A stretch of 64,000 nt of DNA from Octopus vulgaris (Eukaryota). How positions within the stretch are numbered: position 1 is the stretch's first letter; each line of letters begins with the position of its first letter. The notes beneath the pieces were generated by a model, which worked only from the letters and a program-made list of their open reading frames with translations, searched no databases and was not told the origin of the DNA. The position numbers were made by a program, and so were the translations under genes. Of this stretch, positions 12,073 through 26,895 are shown piece by piece. The stretch covers positions 115,754,001 through 115,818,000 of the forward strand of contig OX597816.1 in the NCBI GenBank assembly GCA_951406725.2. Reading direction: 5' to 3'.

Positions 12073-13563
12073 TACAACACTGATAGTAAAATAAGAATAA
12101 GAGTCAAACAGGATTTCCATGAAATAAGTGATCCAGAAGAAAACAGTGTAACAAAAATTAAACAAGCTATCAGAGACAGCGCAAGCCATTGATAATTGCA
12201 TCATTGCTGCAAGCAGTATACAAAAGGAAAGCCACAACACACAATCGTCAACCTATAATATATGTAACTGAAAGAGCAGAAAATCAGAATTTCAACCTTA
12301 CTAGCTTAGATGTCAAATAAATTTCCAAACATGTCAATTGTTCCTATTTGAATTTATCTGTTTTCCAGATCATTGTTCTTCAGTTTCAACTAACACTTCC
12401 CACCCACTTCATTTCTTTCTCACGCACTTATAGACAAAAATCATATATGCAACAGACACACATACACACACTAGCACACAAATATAAACATACACGCGAC
12501 TAAACTCCGTCTTCACCAGCATACGACAATGTAATTGGAATAAAACAAAATAGAATGATGTGTCTCTGTGTGTGGGTGGTTGGATGGTGGAAGAACAATA
12601 GAGAAAAATCCTTGAACAAGGTGAGATGCATATCTGCAAGCTACATATAATATTTTTGTTTCCGTGACTGATTCTTGTCGAAAAAATTCCTAGCCCTTCA
12701 AACATAACTTACACGAAGCTGCGAGCTTTGAAAATCTCAGTGTAACTAGTTTAAAGTACAATTCTGTCTCGCTTCCGGAGAGAATCAGAAGAAACATGTT
12801 CTCGCCTCTGACGATAAATAACTTCAACTTACATATTTTACCTTTAATATTGCTTCATTTCAATTGCAATTGTGTTCAGGGATGTTATTTCCTTATTTTA
12901 TTTTAATCTTTCATTCAAATTCCTTTGTTACTTACATTTTGTTTTCTTAATGTATTTTGTCACTTTTGCATTTCTCTTCCAGTTACTCTGTGTCTTTCGT
13001 TTTTCTTTTAAGATTGTTAGATTTTTGTAATAAAAAAAAAGAAAAGAAAGAAAAAGAAAAGGATTGCTTTCTTTTAAATGATTTTATTTGCTTGTATTTT
13101 TTAAAAAAAATATTACATTTATACTTTTTTTATTTATTTATAATTCATTTTCTTTTAGTTTCTAAATTGTTATGAAAATTATTTCGGAACACATATAATT
13201 TTATTATGAACACTTAGCTTGTGAAGTATTATCTTAAGATTTAATACTGTGTTATTATCATTAAAGATGAAAGTCAACACCATAACTGTCGAAGATATTC
13301 TATAGTTCATTAGCATTAATGTTACTGATATTGTTGGTATTTTAGATGGAAATTACTTACTTCTAAAATGGATTATACATGGAATTTCATAAGACATAAT
13401 AAAAAAATATATATATAATGCCACTAAATGCAATAAAATAGTTTTATATGCATACAAATTCATACATATTATATTGCTGAATATAGTTACGCAAATACTT
13501 GCATCAAAACGCGTGTGTGTATATATTATAATCACACACACGCACACACACATACATACATAC

Positions 13564-13610
<47 letters not shown>

Positions 13611-13648
13611 TCAGTGCACGAGTCTATGTGTGTGAATATTCATTTATA

Positions 13649-13729
<81 letters not shown>

Positions 13730-15437
13730 ATATGTATGTATATTATGTGTGTATGTGTACGTGCTCATTTTGTCAGTAATGTTTCTTTGATACCTGTTAT
13801 ACTGAAAGGAGAGCTACACAAGCACCTAATGAGTAACTTTTCTATGAAACTCTGGATGCTGTTTTCGCTTCATAGTGGCTGGAGGAAAATTATTCTCAGG
13901 TGGATACTTTCCCTTCAAAATCTTATGTACCTTATATTCGTTACCACTGAAATGTTCAAACCGTATTCATAACGTTAGTAAGTATAGAAAATAATAGCTA
14001 ATAAGATATGAGGTATCTGTGTATATAGCTTACATTAGAAATATAGGGATGAATTATGTGAAAGGTTTTTGCATATTTTCAGGCAAATAATAGCTGCAAC
14101 GCACCCGTGCATAGGACATGAATCTTGGCATTAGCTTCCGTATCCTGTTTTCTGATTGTGTAAAAAAAATCAAACTTTAAACCACTGCAAAATTTTTCAA
14201 AATTTTTTTCTGGAATAAATGAATCACAATAGCGGATGCAGCTTGAAAAAGTACATCAATATACCAGATTTTTTAATTTTCACTTAATTTTAAAATTTCA
14301 AAATTTGTGAATGCAACAGGAAGATATCCCTGTTTGTCTATGGCTTTCCTCTTCTTATAATATACTTTCTCACTCTCTATAAAAGTATATCACTCACGCT
14401 GTGTTTGTGTCTGTATGTGTGCATGTAACGAAATTCGTTAAGGCGACAGTGTGATTTTAAAAAGTGTATGTAAAAGAATATATTTTAATAGCATACGTTT
14501 CTGTTAGTAAATATATTTTCTTACACACACGCGCACATACACACCCACACCCACACACACACACATGGAATCGCTTGATGCGGGGTAAGGTTAAAGATTT
14601 AAATTACAAGCTTTTTGCTGTTGTTTAAATCACAGCAACGGCCCACTGCATCATCATTCCATAAAATGTGTTTATTGGGAGAAAAATATTGACAAAACAT
14701 CAATACATGTCACATGGAGAAAGAAATGAAGCAGGTACCAGATGGTCGTAGGATGTGGTAGATACAACAGATCAATGTCCCTTAAATCACCTTTCAGTTT
14801 GAAAATAATTTTTGAAATTACAAGCAGAAATAATTTGCAAAACGCTATTTGAATTATTTAAACTTTGATTTTTAAAAAAATTCGAAATTTTAGGATTTAT
14901 TTGTTAGTAAAAAATATTATGAAAATTTAATTCTATTTTTTAGATTATGCTTCATTTTCTCTTTGAAAGTAAAGGAAGTGGGGATTGTAATGGTGATCGC
15001 CAATTTCTAATTTTTTTAAGTTTCAAGGCTTCTCCCATTGTTTTTAAGTGCTTAGTGCCACAAAAAATCGGCCAAAATCGGTTCTGAGTAAGGGTCTGGA
15101 CGCAAGGTAAAAGATTTGACAAAATTCATAAATTTTTATTTGTATTCTTTTTTCAACGGAAAGCCATATCCCATTGTTAAATTCGTAGTGCAAAGTAAAA
15201 TTGGAAAAAATCTGCCCGGGAAGTGATGAGAAGAGATTGAAAAATTTTCCAAAACCTTTTTTCATAAAAAGTTTTCCCTCAGGCATTAGGAAGGCTATGG
15301 TGAGAAAAAATTTGAAAGGTCTCCGTCAAAACAGAGAAAATCCAACTTACCTGGGTATGCTATTCCGAATGTCCGCCAAGGCATTCTCTTGCGACAATGA
15401 TCTGCTAACGACAAGATAGTTACCTAATGTGCATGTA

Positions 15438-15514
<77 letters not shown>

Positions 15515-15588
15515 GCATGTATTGTATGTATGTATGTATGTGCGTATATGTGCATGTCTGTATATATATATAAATTTGTGTGTGTGTA

Positions 15589-15829
15589 CAGGGTTTCCTA
15601 AAAGTCACCCGACAATAACTCAAAATTCCATTAATACTTAATATTCAGTTTTATTTATTCATTCCAATTATGAATGTTTAATAATTGAATGCCTTGAGTT
15701 AAAGATCGCCGTTTTATTTTTTCAACATTTATCTATTTATTAGCGAAGCCTCATACAAAATAACTTTTTGATTTTCTCTTGGAATTAAATGGTTTCTATT
15801 TACTATTATGTGACTTTTGGCCAACCCAG
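15589..15829. mobile_element. Tc1/mariner-type MITE (241 bp)
   Basis: TA-flanked; left CAGGGTTTCCTAAAAGTCACC versus right reverse complement CTGGGTTGGCCAAAAGTCACA (16/21); AT-rich non-coding interior. Confidence 0.6.
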
Positions 15830-17145
15830 TATATATGTAGCTGATGTTTACAACCACGAGGTATCATTCTGAAGATTGGTGTGCTGGTTCCCAAATCAGT
15901 ACCTTCTCTATTTGAGTATACATGCATATATGTATGTTTACATATTTTTATTCTTGTATTGTTTTCTATGTTTCAGTCTTAAGGCTGTGGCCAAGCTGGA
16001 GCACCGTATATGTATATTTAATGTGTTAATATTTATGTAACATCAAATATATAACTAAGGTTATGATACAGGTGTAAGCAAATCGAATAAACGTCTACTC
16101 TCTCAGGCCAGTTCTTTTATCTATTCGTTCTCTCCTCTCTCTCTCCCTTTATATAGATAATATAGATATATATATATATTTGTGCGTGAGCATATGTATG
16201 TGTGTGTGAGTATATGTATATATACGTGTGTGTGTATTTGTGTGTGGGTATATATATACATCTGAGTTTGTGTGTGTTTGAGCTCAAACGCACACATACA
16301 CGCATACACGCACACTTCACACATCTAATTACGGAGTCTAGAATGATATAAACATTTTTGATCTGAATTCAAATCCGCTGAAAGTCAAGTTTGTTTTTCA
16401 CTGTTCTGAGACCGTTTAATCTTGCTGCTTTTGTAGTTATTGATGTTGCATGGATGTAATATACTAGTACATGGAAAGGTGCTTCTAAAAAATTATCCTT
16501 CTTATGATAACACTTTACGTTTCTGCGCGACAAAAGAATCTGTAAGACGCTTCTATTCGTTAGAATAAATAGCATTATTTTTTAAATGATAAATTTACAG
16601 TAAGTGTCATTGCGATAAGCTTTGTAATAAAATAACTCAGAATCTTGAAGCCAATATAGTTGAATATAACAACGTTTTAGAAAACCTTCTAAATAATTGG
16701 TTCACATCAATAATTCTTCATTTAGAACAAATTTCTGAAATGCTAATACATTTACTTCAATAATAAACGCACAAAAGTGCTGCATTCCTTGTGCTTCTTA
16801 CAACTGCAATTAAATGTGATAACTACAGTGAAATATTTAAGGCAGGCTTGTTGGAGGAATTTTAATTACTTGATTGCTAATTGCAAGATATATCCAGTAC
16901 CGCTTACCAGAATATTAAGATAAAATATATTCCAGCTAAAACATTTATCGTTTAAGTAGCTTTTAATTTCTCAATTCCTCAATGCTATTATATTTAAGAC
17001 ATGTACATTTCGTACTAATTTATGACAATTTGATAGATTAAGCAGAGCATATATCTGTTCACTAAAAGATAGCAGGAATTAGAGAGCAGATTGACTGCCA
17101 CTGTGTATGTATGTGTGTGAGAGCGTGTATGTATGTGTGAGTGAG

Positions 17146-17194
<49 letters not shown>

Positions 17195-17749
17195 TTAAGT
17201 AAAGAAATGAGCTAGATTTAATTCCCCATTCTAATATTCTTGTTGGTTGGTTGGTTGGGATGGAGGTTTCCTCCACATATACAGTCAAGACAGGCAAATA
17301 ATGCTAGCTTTCCGCTGAAACGAAGATGGGGAGCGACCCAGTTAAAGCCATTTTGTTTTATTTATAAGAGGATAGATTAGAAATTCGTCTGCTATGATAT
17401 CTGCTGTTAGATTTATAATTATAGTTGGATGATGATTGATGTACCTATGCATTTATACATGTTTGAACAAACTACGCGTATATAGATAACTGATATATAT
17501 ATATATATTCCTTGTTAGGTTTTCTACATGGGTAGGATATGGCGTCAAGTTTAACTCTTCGTTGGAACTGACCAAATCAGGCCGCCAACAATTCTCATTT
17601 TGAAATTATATTTGAAGTAAAACAGAAGTGAATGAAACTTACTTCAGCAATAAAAACTGAATATACTTTTATCAGTTTGTATATCTATTTATGTATATGT
17701 ACGTACATATGAGTAAATATATAATATATATGTACATATACACACACAC

Positions 17750-18800
17750 CAGGTTGAGTTAGAAGTTTTTTCGTAGTTTAAGCTTTAATTCATAGTTCAA
17801 ACAAATGACATACGAAAACGTTTATTTATCGAAATATTACCCATCATATTCTATTGTCGGTTACAATCGTTGTGCCTTGCTTATACTATTTGGCTGGTTT
17901 AGAGGCAAAAATACCTCCCTGTGCCTGTTTTCAACCTTATCCATATTGTTGAATCTCTGTCCGTACAGGAAATTAGTCATGGCTCGGAAAAGGCGGTAAT
18001 CTGATAATGCAAGGATATGATGAGGTAGCAATTCCGGTCCCTCAAAATCTTCGAGTTCTTGAATTTGGAGGTTGGTCACATGGGTAATGTATACTGGGGC
18101 ATTGTCATGTTGAAGGTGTACATATCGTCGATTGACCAATGCAGAATAGCGGGCTTTCAAAGCATCATATACTCGCTGCAGTTGTTAAGCATAAAGGTTA
18201 GCGATCACAGTATTACCATCTAGGACAAGTTCAAAGTGCTACTCTCTCTCGACATTCCACCAAATGTTCAATATGAGATGTTCGAACTGTCCTTGTATGA
18301 CAACAGATTTTGAAGCATGGCCGGAACGAAACTTCCGATATCCCTTATTAGGATTACGAAAATTGACCCATCTTTCAACTAATAATTTTCGACACCAAAA
18401 ACGGGTATTTCGAGCATTTGCTAGCAGTTATTTACGAATGTTCACGATTGTTGAGCCTGATCATTAATCAATTCATGATGAACTTCTCGATAGCGTCAGT
18501 TCACAAGGTTGAGCTTATGAAGATGTCGATTGATGGGGTTTTGTGCAGAACCAATTTCTGCCGACAATATACGAGTGTTTGTGCTTATTTTCAAGGCTGG
18601 TGTCACCCTCTCCTTGAAACGCCTGACGAAGTTTTGTGCCGCACTTTCGTTGACAGTTCCTGGGCCTTTCGCATCATCAATTTCTTTTGCCGCTGCCTTT
18701 GCACTCATTCCTTTTTGCCACATGTAGCGTTCTGTGTCTCTAAATTGCAATTTCTTTGATACTCGTTATCAGAGCTGTAAAATAAAGAATAAACTACTGT
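17750..18800 (-). mobile_element. Degenerate mariner transposon
   Basis: N-terminal KGMSAKAAAKEI..GPGTVNESAAQNFVRRFKE (HTH) and catalytic LQHDNAP..LALSDYRLFRAM; many stops and frameshifts. Confidence 0.85.
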
Positions 18801-18938
18801 TTATTAGTGAGATCAGCTCTCTCAAAAGCGTTAAGACCAAGTCTTCAATTTAAGGTTAACTTCTTCCATTGCTCTATATCAGTCAAGATGTTTCTGGCAA
18901 AAAACAAGGGGTCTGACCCTACTTCTCACTAATCCATG

Positions 18939-18985
<47 letters not shown>

Positions 18986-18987
<2 letters not shown>

Positions 18988-19402
18988 CGCAGGAGTGGCT
19001 GTGTGGCAAGTAGCTTGCTTACCAACCACATGGTTCCAGGTTCAGTCCCACTGCGTAGCATCTTGGGCAAGTGTCTTCTACTATAGCCTCGGGCCCACCA
19101 ATGCCTTGTGAGTGGATTTGGTAGACGGAAACTGAAAGAAGCCTGTCGTATATATGTATATATATATATATGTATGTGTGTGTATATGTTTGTGTGTCTG
19201 TGTTTGTCCCCCTAACATTGCTTGACAACCGATGCTTGTGTGTTTACGTCCCCGTCACTTAGGGGTTCGGCAAAAGAGACCGATAGAATAAGTACTAGGC
19301 TTACAAAGAATAAGTCCCGGGGTAGATTTGCTCGACTAAAGGCGGTACTCCAGCATGGCCGCAGTCAAATGACTGAAACAAGTAAAAGAGTAAAGAGAGA
19401 GT
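18986..19402 (+). mobile_element. tRNA-derived CORE-like SINE with an internal microsatellite
   Basis: A box TGGCTGTGTGG, B box GGTTCAGTCCC, CTTGGGCAAGTG core, tail CCAGCATGGCCGCAGTCAAATGACTGAAAC; homologous to 28480-28855, 33380-33585 and 58803-59171. Confidence 0.85.
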
Positions 19403-19725
19403 AATATATATATTTTGCTCTTTCTCAATTTAGTCATCTAATGTCCAAACTTTCTCTGTGAGCATTGTTTTCTCTATCTCTGTCTCTGTTTTCCTCATCT
19501 CCCTGATTCTCACTATCTCACTATCTCTTTCCTTTCTATCATCAAGTCGCTCTAACATTCTGCTTTTCACTAAGGCCGTATCTTCATTCTGCTAGTTTCT
19601 CTTACTATTTATCTCACTCTCTACCCTACAATCGCTCTATTACTCTATTACTTTATTTTACTCAATATTATAATCTACTATTCTTTCCTTCTGCCTATGT
19701 CTTTCTCCCTCCCTCTCTCTCTCAG

Positions 19726-19783
<58 letters not shown>

Positions 19784-21926
19784 TTTTCCACACATTTATG
19801 ATAAGAGAATTTGTTTAAAACTGGTAATTTTCCTGAAGGCATTTGTCCTATTTATTTTTTTACCATTTCAGATATCTTGTAATATGTTTATCTTACTTTT
19901 GCCCTGTGTGACTGTATGTGTGAGTGTGAATATCTATGTGTGTGAATGTTTTGGTATTTTATTTTTGATGAGTATTTTTTTTTATTTCAGTTTTTATACT
20001 TTTTCTTATATTAATTTGCTTTGAAAGTTATCTTCTTTGTTTTGCTTTTTTTTATTGTCTATAGCTCTTCGCCATATCAATTGAAACTCGAATAATCAGT
20101 TACCATTCCTTTCTCTGCAAAAAATGGTTCCCTTCTCACGTATGTTTTTTTCACACCAAATACGGAACTTCGAAAGTTTAACTAAGCAGAATCCATAATA
20201 TGCAAACAAAAAGAAAAAGCATAAAAGCAAAATCCAAGGAAACTAACGGTGCTCTGCATCGACAAAAACCAGTTAATCATAATCGCAAATATGGATAAGT
20301 TTCATATGCTCTAGGAGATGAAACTTGTACTAATGTTTCGAGCAAAGCGTTTGACCGGAAACAAAAAACAAACATTCAAATATAGAATATATTTCTTTCC
20401 AGAGAAATCCTCTTCTTGAAATGTCAATGCTCTCGTTTCCTTGCAGTATACAAACATATTTATGTTTTCCTATTTCCAAATTAATCTTAGCTAAATATTC
20501 TTCTCAGTCTAAAAAGAATTTAGACAGGTATAATCAAACAGACAGACACTGCCCCTTCTCCTCAGGTTACCTTTTACAAAAGAAAACCAGTCAGTTAAAT
20601 TAAATACAATGTTTATATTCTATTGTTAGAGAGTTGTAACTGGTTCTGATACGGAGACAGCTCAACAAATAAAGCTTTATGATAATGCTTTATATCCTGC
20701 TTCCACTTGAATGTGCTGAAAATTTATTCCACATTTTGAATCTCTAAAATGTGGTCGCTACTTTAAAGGTGATAAGAAGTTTGAGATTTAGCAACTACAT
20801 TCAGCAGGTCAAGCAAATGGCATACTCTTTACTTCGAAGTTTCCTCGCCGATTCCTATTTCTCAATCTCGGGAATGACTTAGAAGTAACATCAACAGTAA
20901 AAACATAAGCTAGAAAATAAATTAAAAGTCCTTTAGTCATTTAATTTACTAACCACTATTTATATTTTCTTTCTTGCGTAGTTTATTTATCTTTATTAAT
21001 CAAGAGTTCAGTTTCGTAAATAATGAGATAACAGTTGTCAGGATATAGAGACAGGAATAACAATTAATCCAATACCTATTTCTAGCGACAAATGTTCTTT
21101 CGAAGTTCTCACCAAAATCTTGAAATTATGCCAAATAGAAACCTGATGTAAAAAAAAGAGCCAACCTAAAATTGGTTAGAATTTTTTGTGAAAGAGCCAT
21201 GCAGTCGTAATTTCTGTCAAAAAATACATTATTCAAAAGAGATATTAACCAATTTCTTTGCTCTTTCCACACAGTAACAAAAGAACGACAACTAAATGGA
21301 TAAATAAACAAGCATAAAATAAACATATGTTATGTAATTTACCATCTCACTGGAACCAACCAGTTGGACATAAGAGAATGATTTACTTTTAACAGGAATC
21401 TCATATCAAATTCTGAAGTCGTGAGACAACAAAACGAAAGCTGCTTGCTTTTGAGACTATACATCATCAATGGTCCATCAGTGATAGAAACAAAGTCTCA
21501 TGAGACACTAAAAGAAAAAAAACAACAGAAGACATTCAAAAGAACAGATGTTTGCAAAAGTCCTACCGCTAGTTTTCCTGGTACCCATTGTTTTCTCCTC
21601 CATGTCGTTCACTTTTCTGTTCTCTACAAAAAGCCATATTTAGTGAAGTAATGAAATTTTATATTGTTGCCCAACAAAGAGCTTACGAAAGCGTGAAAGA
21701 ATGAATGGAAACCAAAATTTCTTACACAGGACAGCTAAGAAAGGAAAATAAATAGATTTTAAAATGTAAACGCATTACTTCCCAAAAATCTCTGAAAATT
21801 AACTGTAAGATTATATATTTGTGTTTCACTATACGTAAATACAATATATATATATATGTATATATATACACATATTATATATACATGTATGTATGCATGT
21901 ATGTATGTATGTATGTATGTATATAG

Positions 21927-21964
<38 letters not shown>

Positions 21965-22650
21965 AGGACTGGAGAAACGTGAAATAAAGTATTGGGTTGT
22001 CCGGAAAGTTCATGCCGATTTTTAAAGGAAAGAAAAAGGTCAATAAATACTTCGCATTACATTTTAATCAACCAAATATAAACCATTTTGTCGCACTATG
22101 CGTCTCCATCTTTCCTTTAGCTTGAAAATACCCTCTTCCCAGATTTGAGGTGGTTTCCCTGGCAAAGAATTCATCAAGGTATCTTTTTACGTCATCCAAG
22201 GAATTGAAATTTTTACCATTAAGACTATCCTGCAGAGATCTGAATAAGTGGAAATCCGAAGGAGCAATATCTGGTGAATATGGAGGGTGCGGTAACACAT
22301 CCCAGCCGAGCTGCAGCGATTTTTGTCTGGTTCCTAAAGCACCAAGGGTCGAAAATGAACTTTCTTATCTTACGTTTTAAAGGGTTGCAGAATTAACACA
22401 GGTTATAAGATCATAAACCTTCTTCCACGAAAAGATAGCTTAAACTGTGCTCTAAAAGGAGGTGCAGTCAAATCTTATTTTATGGACTCAAAAATGTTCT
22501 AAAATAAGTCGAAAGTTAAGCTACTCAAAATCGGCATGAACTTTCCGGACAACGCAATACTTTGCTCAAGAACACAACACATCGCTCGGTCCAGGAATCG
22601 AAAGAAACTTTCATGAGTCAAACATTCTAACTGCTAAGGCATGTGCCTAC
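21965..22650 (-). mobile_element. tRNA-derived SINE fragment split by a mariner insertion
   Basis: Flanks GGACTGGAGAAACGTGAAATAAAG|..CTTTGCTCAAGAACACAACACATCGCTCGGTCCAGGAATCGAAA join into the reverse complement of the SINE at 42956-43190. Confidence 0.7.
21992..22557 (-). mobile_element. Internally deleted mariner (566 bp) with both TIRs
   Basis: TA|TTGGGTTGTCCGGAAAGTTCATGCCGATTTT and its inverse ending at 22557|TA; residual C-terminal transposase HPPYSPDIAPSDFHLFRSLQ. Confidence 0.92.
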
Positions 22651-22874
22651 ATATGCGCGCGTGTACACACACATGTATATATATGTGTGTCTGTGTGTAT
22701 GTGTGTGTGTATGTGTGTATGTGTGTGTGTGTATCTACATGTATATAAACATAGATAAAGATAGACAGATAAGCTTACATATATATAAACAAAAGACGTT
22801 TATATATGCATATCTACTTACATATATATATGTTGTGTGTATGTATTTATATACATACACACACACACACACAT

Positions 22875-22905
<31 letters not shown>

Positions 22906-24012
22906 CACATATAGATATATACATTCATGCATACAAACACATACGCACACACTCAAATGTATGAATGATTGAATGATATATGTGTATGTATAAGTGTTAT
23001 TTTGTTAATGTATAAATAAAGGACCCCACCCAAAATATTAGTTCTTAGTTTATCTCCTAGCACATTAACATACGCGTTTCTGTTTCATTCACAATTTAAT
23101 CCCCTCTGTTGAAAACCATCTGTAGCCTATCAATATTCTTATCTATGCTTATTTAGATATCAAGTTCCTAACAGATATATTTTTGCTTGTGATTTTTCAC
23201 ACATCTAACTTGTTAGGACCCACTCTGTGTTATGTAAGAGAAAGTCTACTTTTATATTCGATGAAGTATGAAGGCAATTATATCAAGTTTTCCGTATGAA
23301 ATCAACCTGTTATTACCAATATAATTGAAAATGAAATTTCAAAAACCCCAAAATTCCAAGTCGTTATCGATAAAATTCTAACAACGTTAAGAAAAATGTA
23401 CTGGTAGAATCATTATCACGTCGGGCAATATGATCAGCAGCATTTCATTCGTCTTTTTTTATCTTTTTTTTTTTGTCTGTTTGTTCTTTCTTGTCGCTCT
23501 GGCTTAAATGCCACAGGGGTGGACTTTGCCTTTCATGTTTTCAGTGTCGATGAAATAAAGTACCAGTGGAACACTGGGATCAAAGTAATTGACTTACCCT
23601 CTTCTTCGAAACTGCTGGCCTTCTGCTTTTTAATTGTTTATAACTTTCATTTTTTTAAAACTTTTCTTGTTAAAATAATATTTTGAAAATGCTTTAACTA
23701 AAAAAATTATACATGCTAAATAGTTATCATATAACCTACGACTGCTAATCTGGTGATATATCGATATTTTGGTTGAAGGAAATATTAAAATATTTTGCAT
23801 CGTTTCGATTGCAATTGCCATATGCACTATTCCTCCCTGCTCAGAAAGTGAGTCAAATACACGCATACACTAATGCACAATGCATGCATACATACATACA
23901 TACATATTTACAGACACATACATGAATATGTATTTATAAATATAAGGGAACATTATTATTCAAAAGAAATAATATTAGTGGCCGCAAACATAAAACCGTA
24001 TAGGCAAATTAA

Positions 24013-24070
<58 letters not shown>

Positions 24071-24074
24071 TCAT

Positions 24075-24470
24075 TAACATAACTCTAAAGATCAACCAAA
24101 AAGAAAATATCTACGCTGAACTATTGAGGAATCTACAGTTACTCTATCCAGATTACAAGTTCATGTTTATACTTGTAATTATTGGGACACTGGGATCCCA
24201 ATGTGTCCCACTGCCTACAGATCCAAGCCATGACTGGAACTGTAAAAATCTGTAAACCTTTGCAGAAGTTTATCATTTAATTATATATGAGCATGTCTAG
24301 ACATGCAACTGTATTCATAAGAATACATTCATGAAGCAAAATATATAAATCTGCACATGTGCATGCAAAAATTCCCTGTTGATGTTGAAATTTCAAAGAG
24401 GGAGACTTGGATCTATGTTAGAAAGCGGCTCTTCCCTATTGGTTAGAAATCATGAAATAAAACTTAATAA
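24075..24470 (+). mobile_element. 3' end of an RLE-type (R4/Dong-like) LINE
   Basis: KENIYAELLRNLQLLYPDYKFMFILVIIGTLG..LQIQAMTGTVKICK resembles the restriction-like endonuclease C-terminus (K..KY..L..PVIIGALG); followed by a UTR. Confidence 0.65.
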
Positions 24471-25770
24471 TGACAGACAAACATACATGTATACATATAG
24501 GACGGATTTTCTCGATGATTCCGTCCGCATAATTCACTCTCAATTCTGTAGTTCATGCGTGGCTATAGCATAAGACACATGCCTAAGATACCGCAAGGTG
24601 AGACTGGCCGCCAAACCAATGTGGTTGCAAAGCGAAGTTAACTCCACAGCCATGCCTTACATCGTGCTGTAGAGCATAGCATTCTGTAAGAAAATAGAAA
24701 AACACTCAACTACGATTTTTCGACGATACTTCTTTCAAATATTCACCAACGGAGAAGCCTACGCATTGATAGTCACATGTACTCTTAACTTAATTCTGAG
24801 AAATAATCTGGCTTATTCGGTTACATATAATTGATCCAACTCGCTTCCAAACAGTTTCCGTCTAAACAATTCTCTAACAAGCCTTGAACTACTATGAGGT
24901 TATGTGAATGGCAACCATCTTGAAATTATGTTTTAAGAAACTCATAAGTATTATGCTTCGAAATTATCATTGGATAACTTGAAAACAATAAATGTTAAAA
25001 TATGATCTCCTTTGTAGTTGTCTCCTATCTTGTTCGGACAAGAATCAATAACTTGCTATCTAAAAACATTAATTTAGCAACATTTTTGTTTTATTTGGGA
25101 TCCGTTTGTATCTAGAGAGAATGAAATTTTGCAGAACCGATTAGTTAAGTTTTGAGCTGCCCCTAACACGTCAGGATCAACTATCTCCTGTGCTGTTCCT
25201 GCTGACTCTCTCATCGAGGCTGAAATTACTTATTCAGGTTGAATGTCTGTCTTGGCACTCATTCTGTAATGCTGATATTGCATGAAGATTACATTAACGA
25301 GTCAAGTATCTGAGGAATACTCAATCATTTGCACGATGTATCTAGACACCAAAATACCCACCTTTGGTCTATCTGATCAGGGGTAGAAGAATGCAGAGCA
25401 GTATATTTAAAGCCGGTTTGGCCACAGGAGTTACCTGAAAATTGACGAGTTGAACGCCAGTGCGGCTTTAAGGGCTCCACTTAAAATTTCTCATGAAGTT
25501 TTTTTTCGTAAGGCAGCGAGGCTAGTTACCCTTTGCTGGAAATACGTAGCTTTTAGCAATTGCAGTCAGCCAGAGCCATCTAACTCCGCACGTCTTGTCA
25601 TGTAGTGTTATCACGCCTTGAAATATTGATAGAGGCCACTGTGCATGGTATTTTCTATCACTCACTAACATTTCTCTCCCAGTCGGTTTCTTTTATTCTT
25701 AGTCTCCTTCGACTTCCTCTCTATGTCTCCTTCAGTTTCTCCTTCTCTCTTTCCCTCTTATATTAAACAG

Positions 25771-25917
25771 TTATATGTTCATCCGAGATATGAACTATTT
25801 AACTTACAAGCTAAAAATAGAACCTCTAGACAGTCACTCAAACTACACGAAATGGCAGATAAATTATTGATAGAACAAGCAGAATCCTTATTGCAAAAAG
25901 CGACGGAGGCCCTAAAT
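25771..25917 (+). CDS. Candidate internal coding exon of an unidentified host gene (49 aa, phase 0-0)
   Basis: Long polypyrimidine tract plus CAG (25768-25770), open 147-nt frame LYVHPRYELFNLQAKNRTSRQSLKLHEMADKLLIEQAESLLQKATEALN, donor GTTTGC at 25918. Protein not recognised. Confidence 0.45.
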
Positions 25918-26859
25918 GTTTGCATAGGCATATGTGTAGATGCCTGTATTGCTTCAAACGTTATCAGCGTATGCAAATGTATGATTCAGATGCACGCACG
26001 TATATATGTATATATGTATGAATGTATGTATGTATGTATATATGTATGAATGTATGTATGTATGTATGTATGTATGTATGTATGTATGTATGTATGTATG
26101 TACGTATGTATGTGTGTGTTTATATATGAACGTGTCAATACATACATACGTACGTACATGTGTGTGTGTATGAAATTCTTGTAAGGCTGTGGAAACCCAT
26201 TGATGTGCATTAACGCGGGGAGTGACATGGACTTAGACAGAGCTACTGTAGAACCCACCCGTGTTTATATGCACACACCTATACACACCTTATTACGCAT
26301 TCATATTAATTTGGACTTCGCTTTTGAAATCTCAATTATATTATCGGTTTCTCCTTAAGACTCCTCCTCTATCTTTCATTTTTCTCTCACTATTACCTAT
26401 TGTATTTCAGGCACATCTTTCTCTTTAAATTATATATTTTCCTCCTATTTTCTTTCACCCTTGCTCTTTGCTTCTTTTTCTTCTCATACTTTCTCTTCGT
26501 TTTTAACTCTATTCCTCTCAATCTCTCCAAAACTTGTTTAAAAGAAAATCAGCTAAGTTGTTTGAAAACTTAAAATTGCATTTTTATACGAAATATTCTT
26601 GATGATATATCAAACCTTCATCTTTTCCTACAAGCAACAATCATCATCAGCAGAAACATCAACATAAAATCCCCTGTCTTCTCCTCCAAGTCCAACCAAC
26701 CTTCATACATACAAACCCCAAAATTACTTATATATAAACAAAACAATTAAGCAATTCATATTTTCACATTCAAAACATACACATATATACATAGATCAAC
26801 ACATGTACAAAGAAATGAAAGTCAACCAAATATTTCTAAATATTATAATTGCATATATA

Positions 26860-26895
<36 letters not shown>

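Noticed and set aside
13876-13960. WLEENY peptide recalling an RFX DNA-binding domain
   Set aside because: Similarity stops after six residues; no convincing exon.
14960-15420. Possible Helitron/Helentron-like end
   Set aside because: No clear CTRR terminus, hairpin or protein motif.
23255-23315. TCGATGA..GAAA hammerhead-like spacing
   Set aside because: Core mutated and stems I/III cannot be formed.
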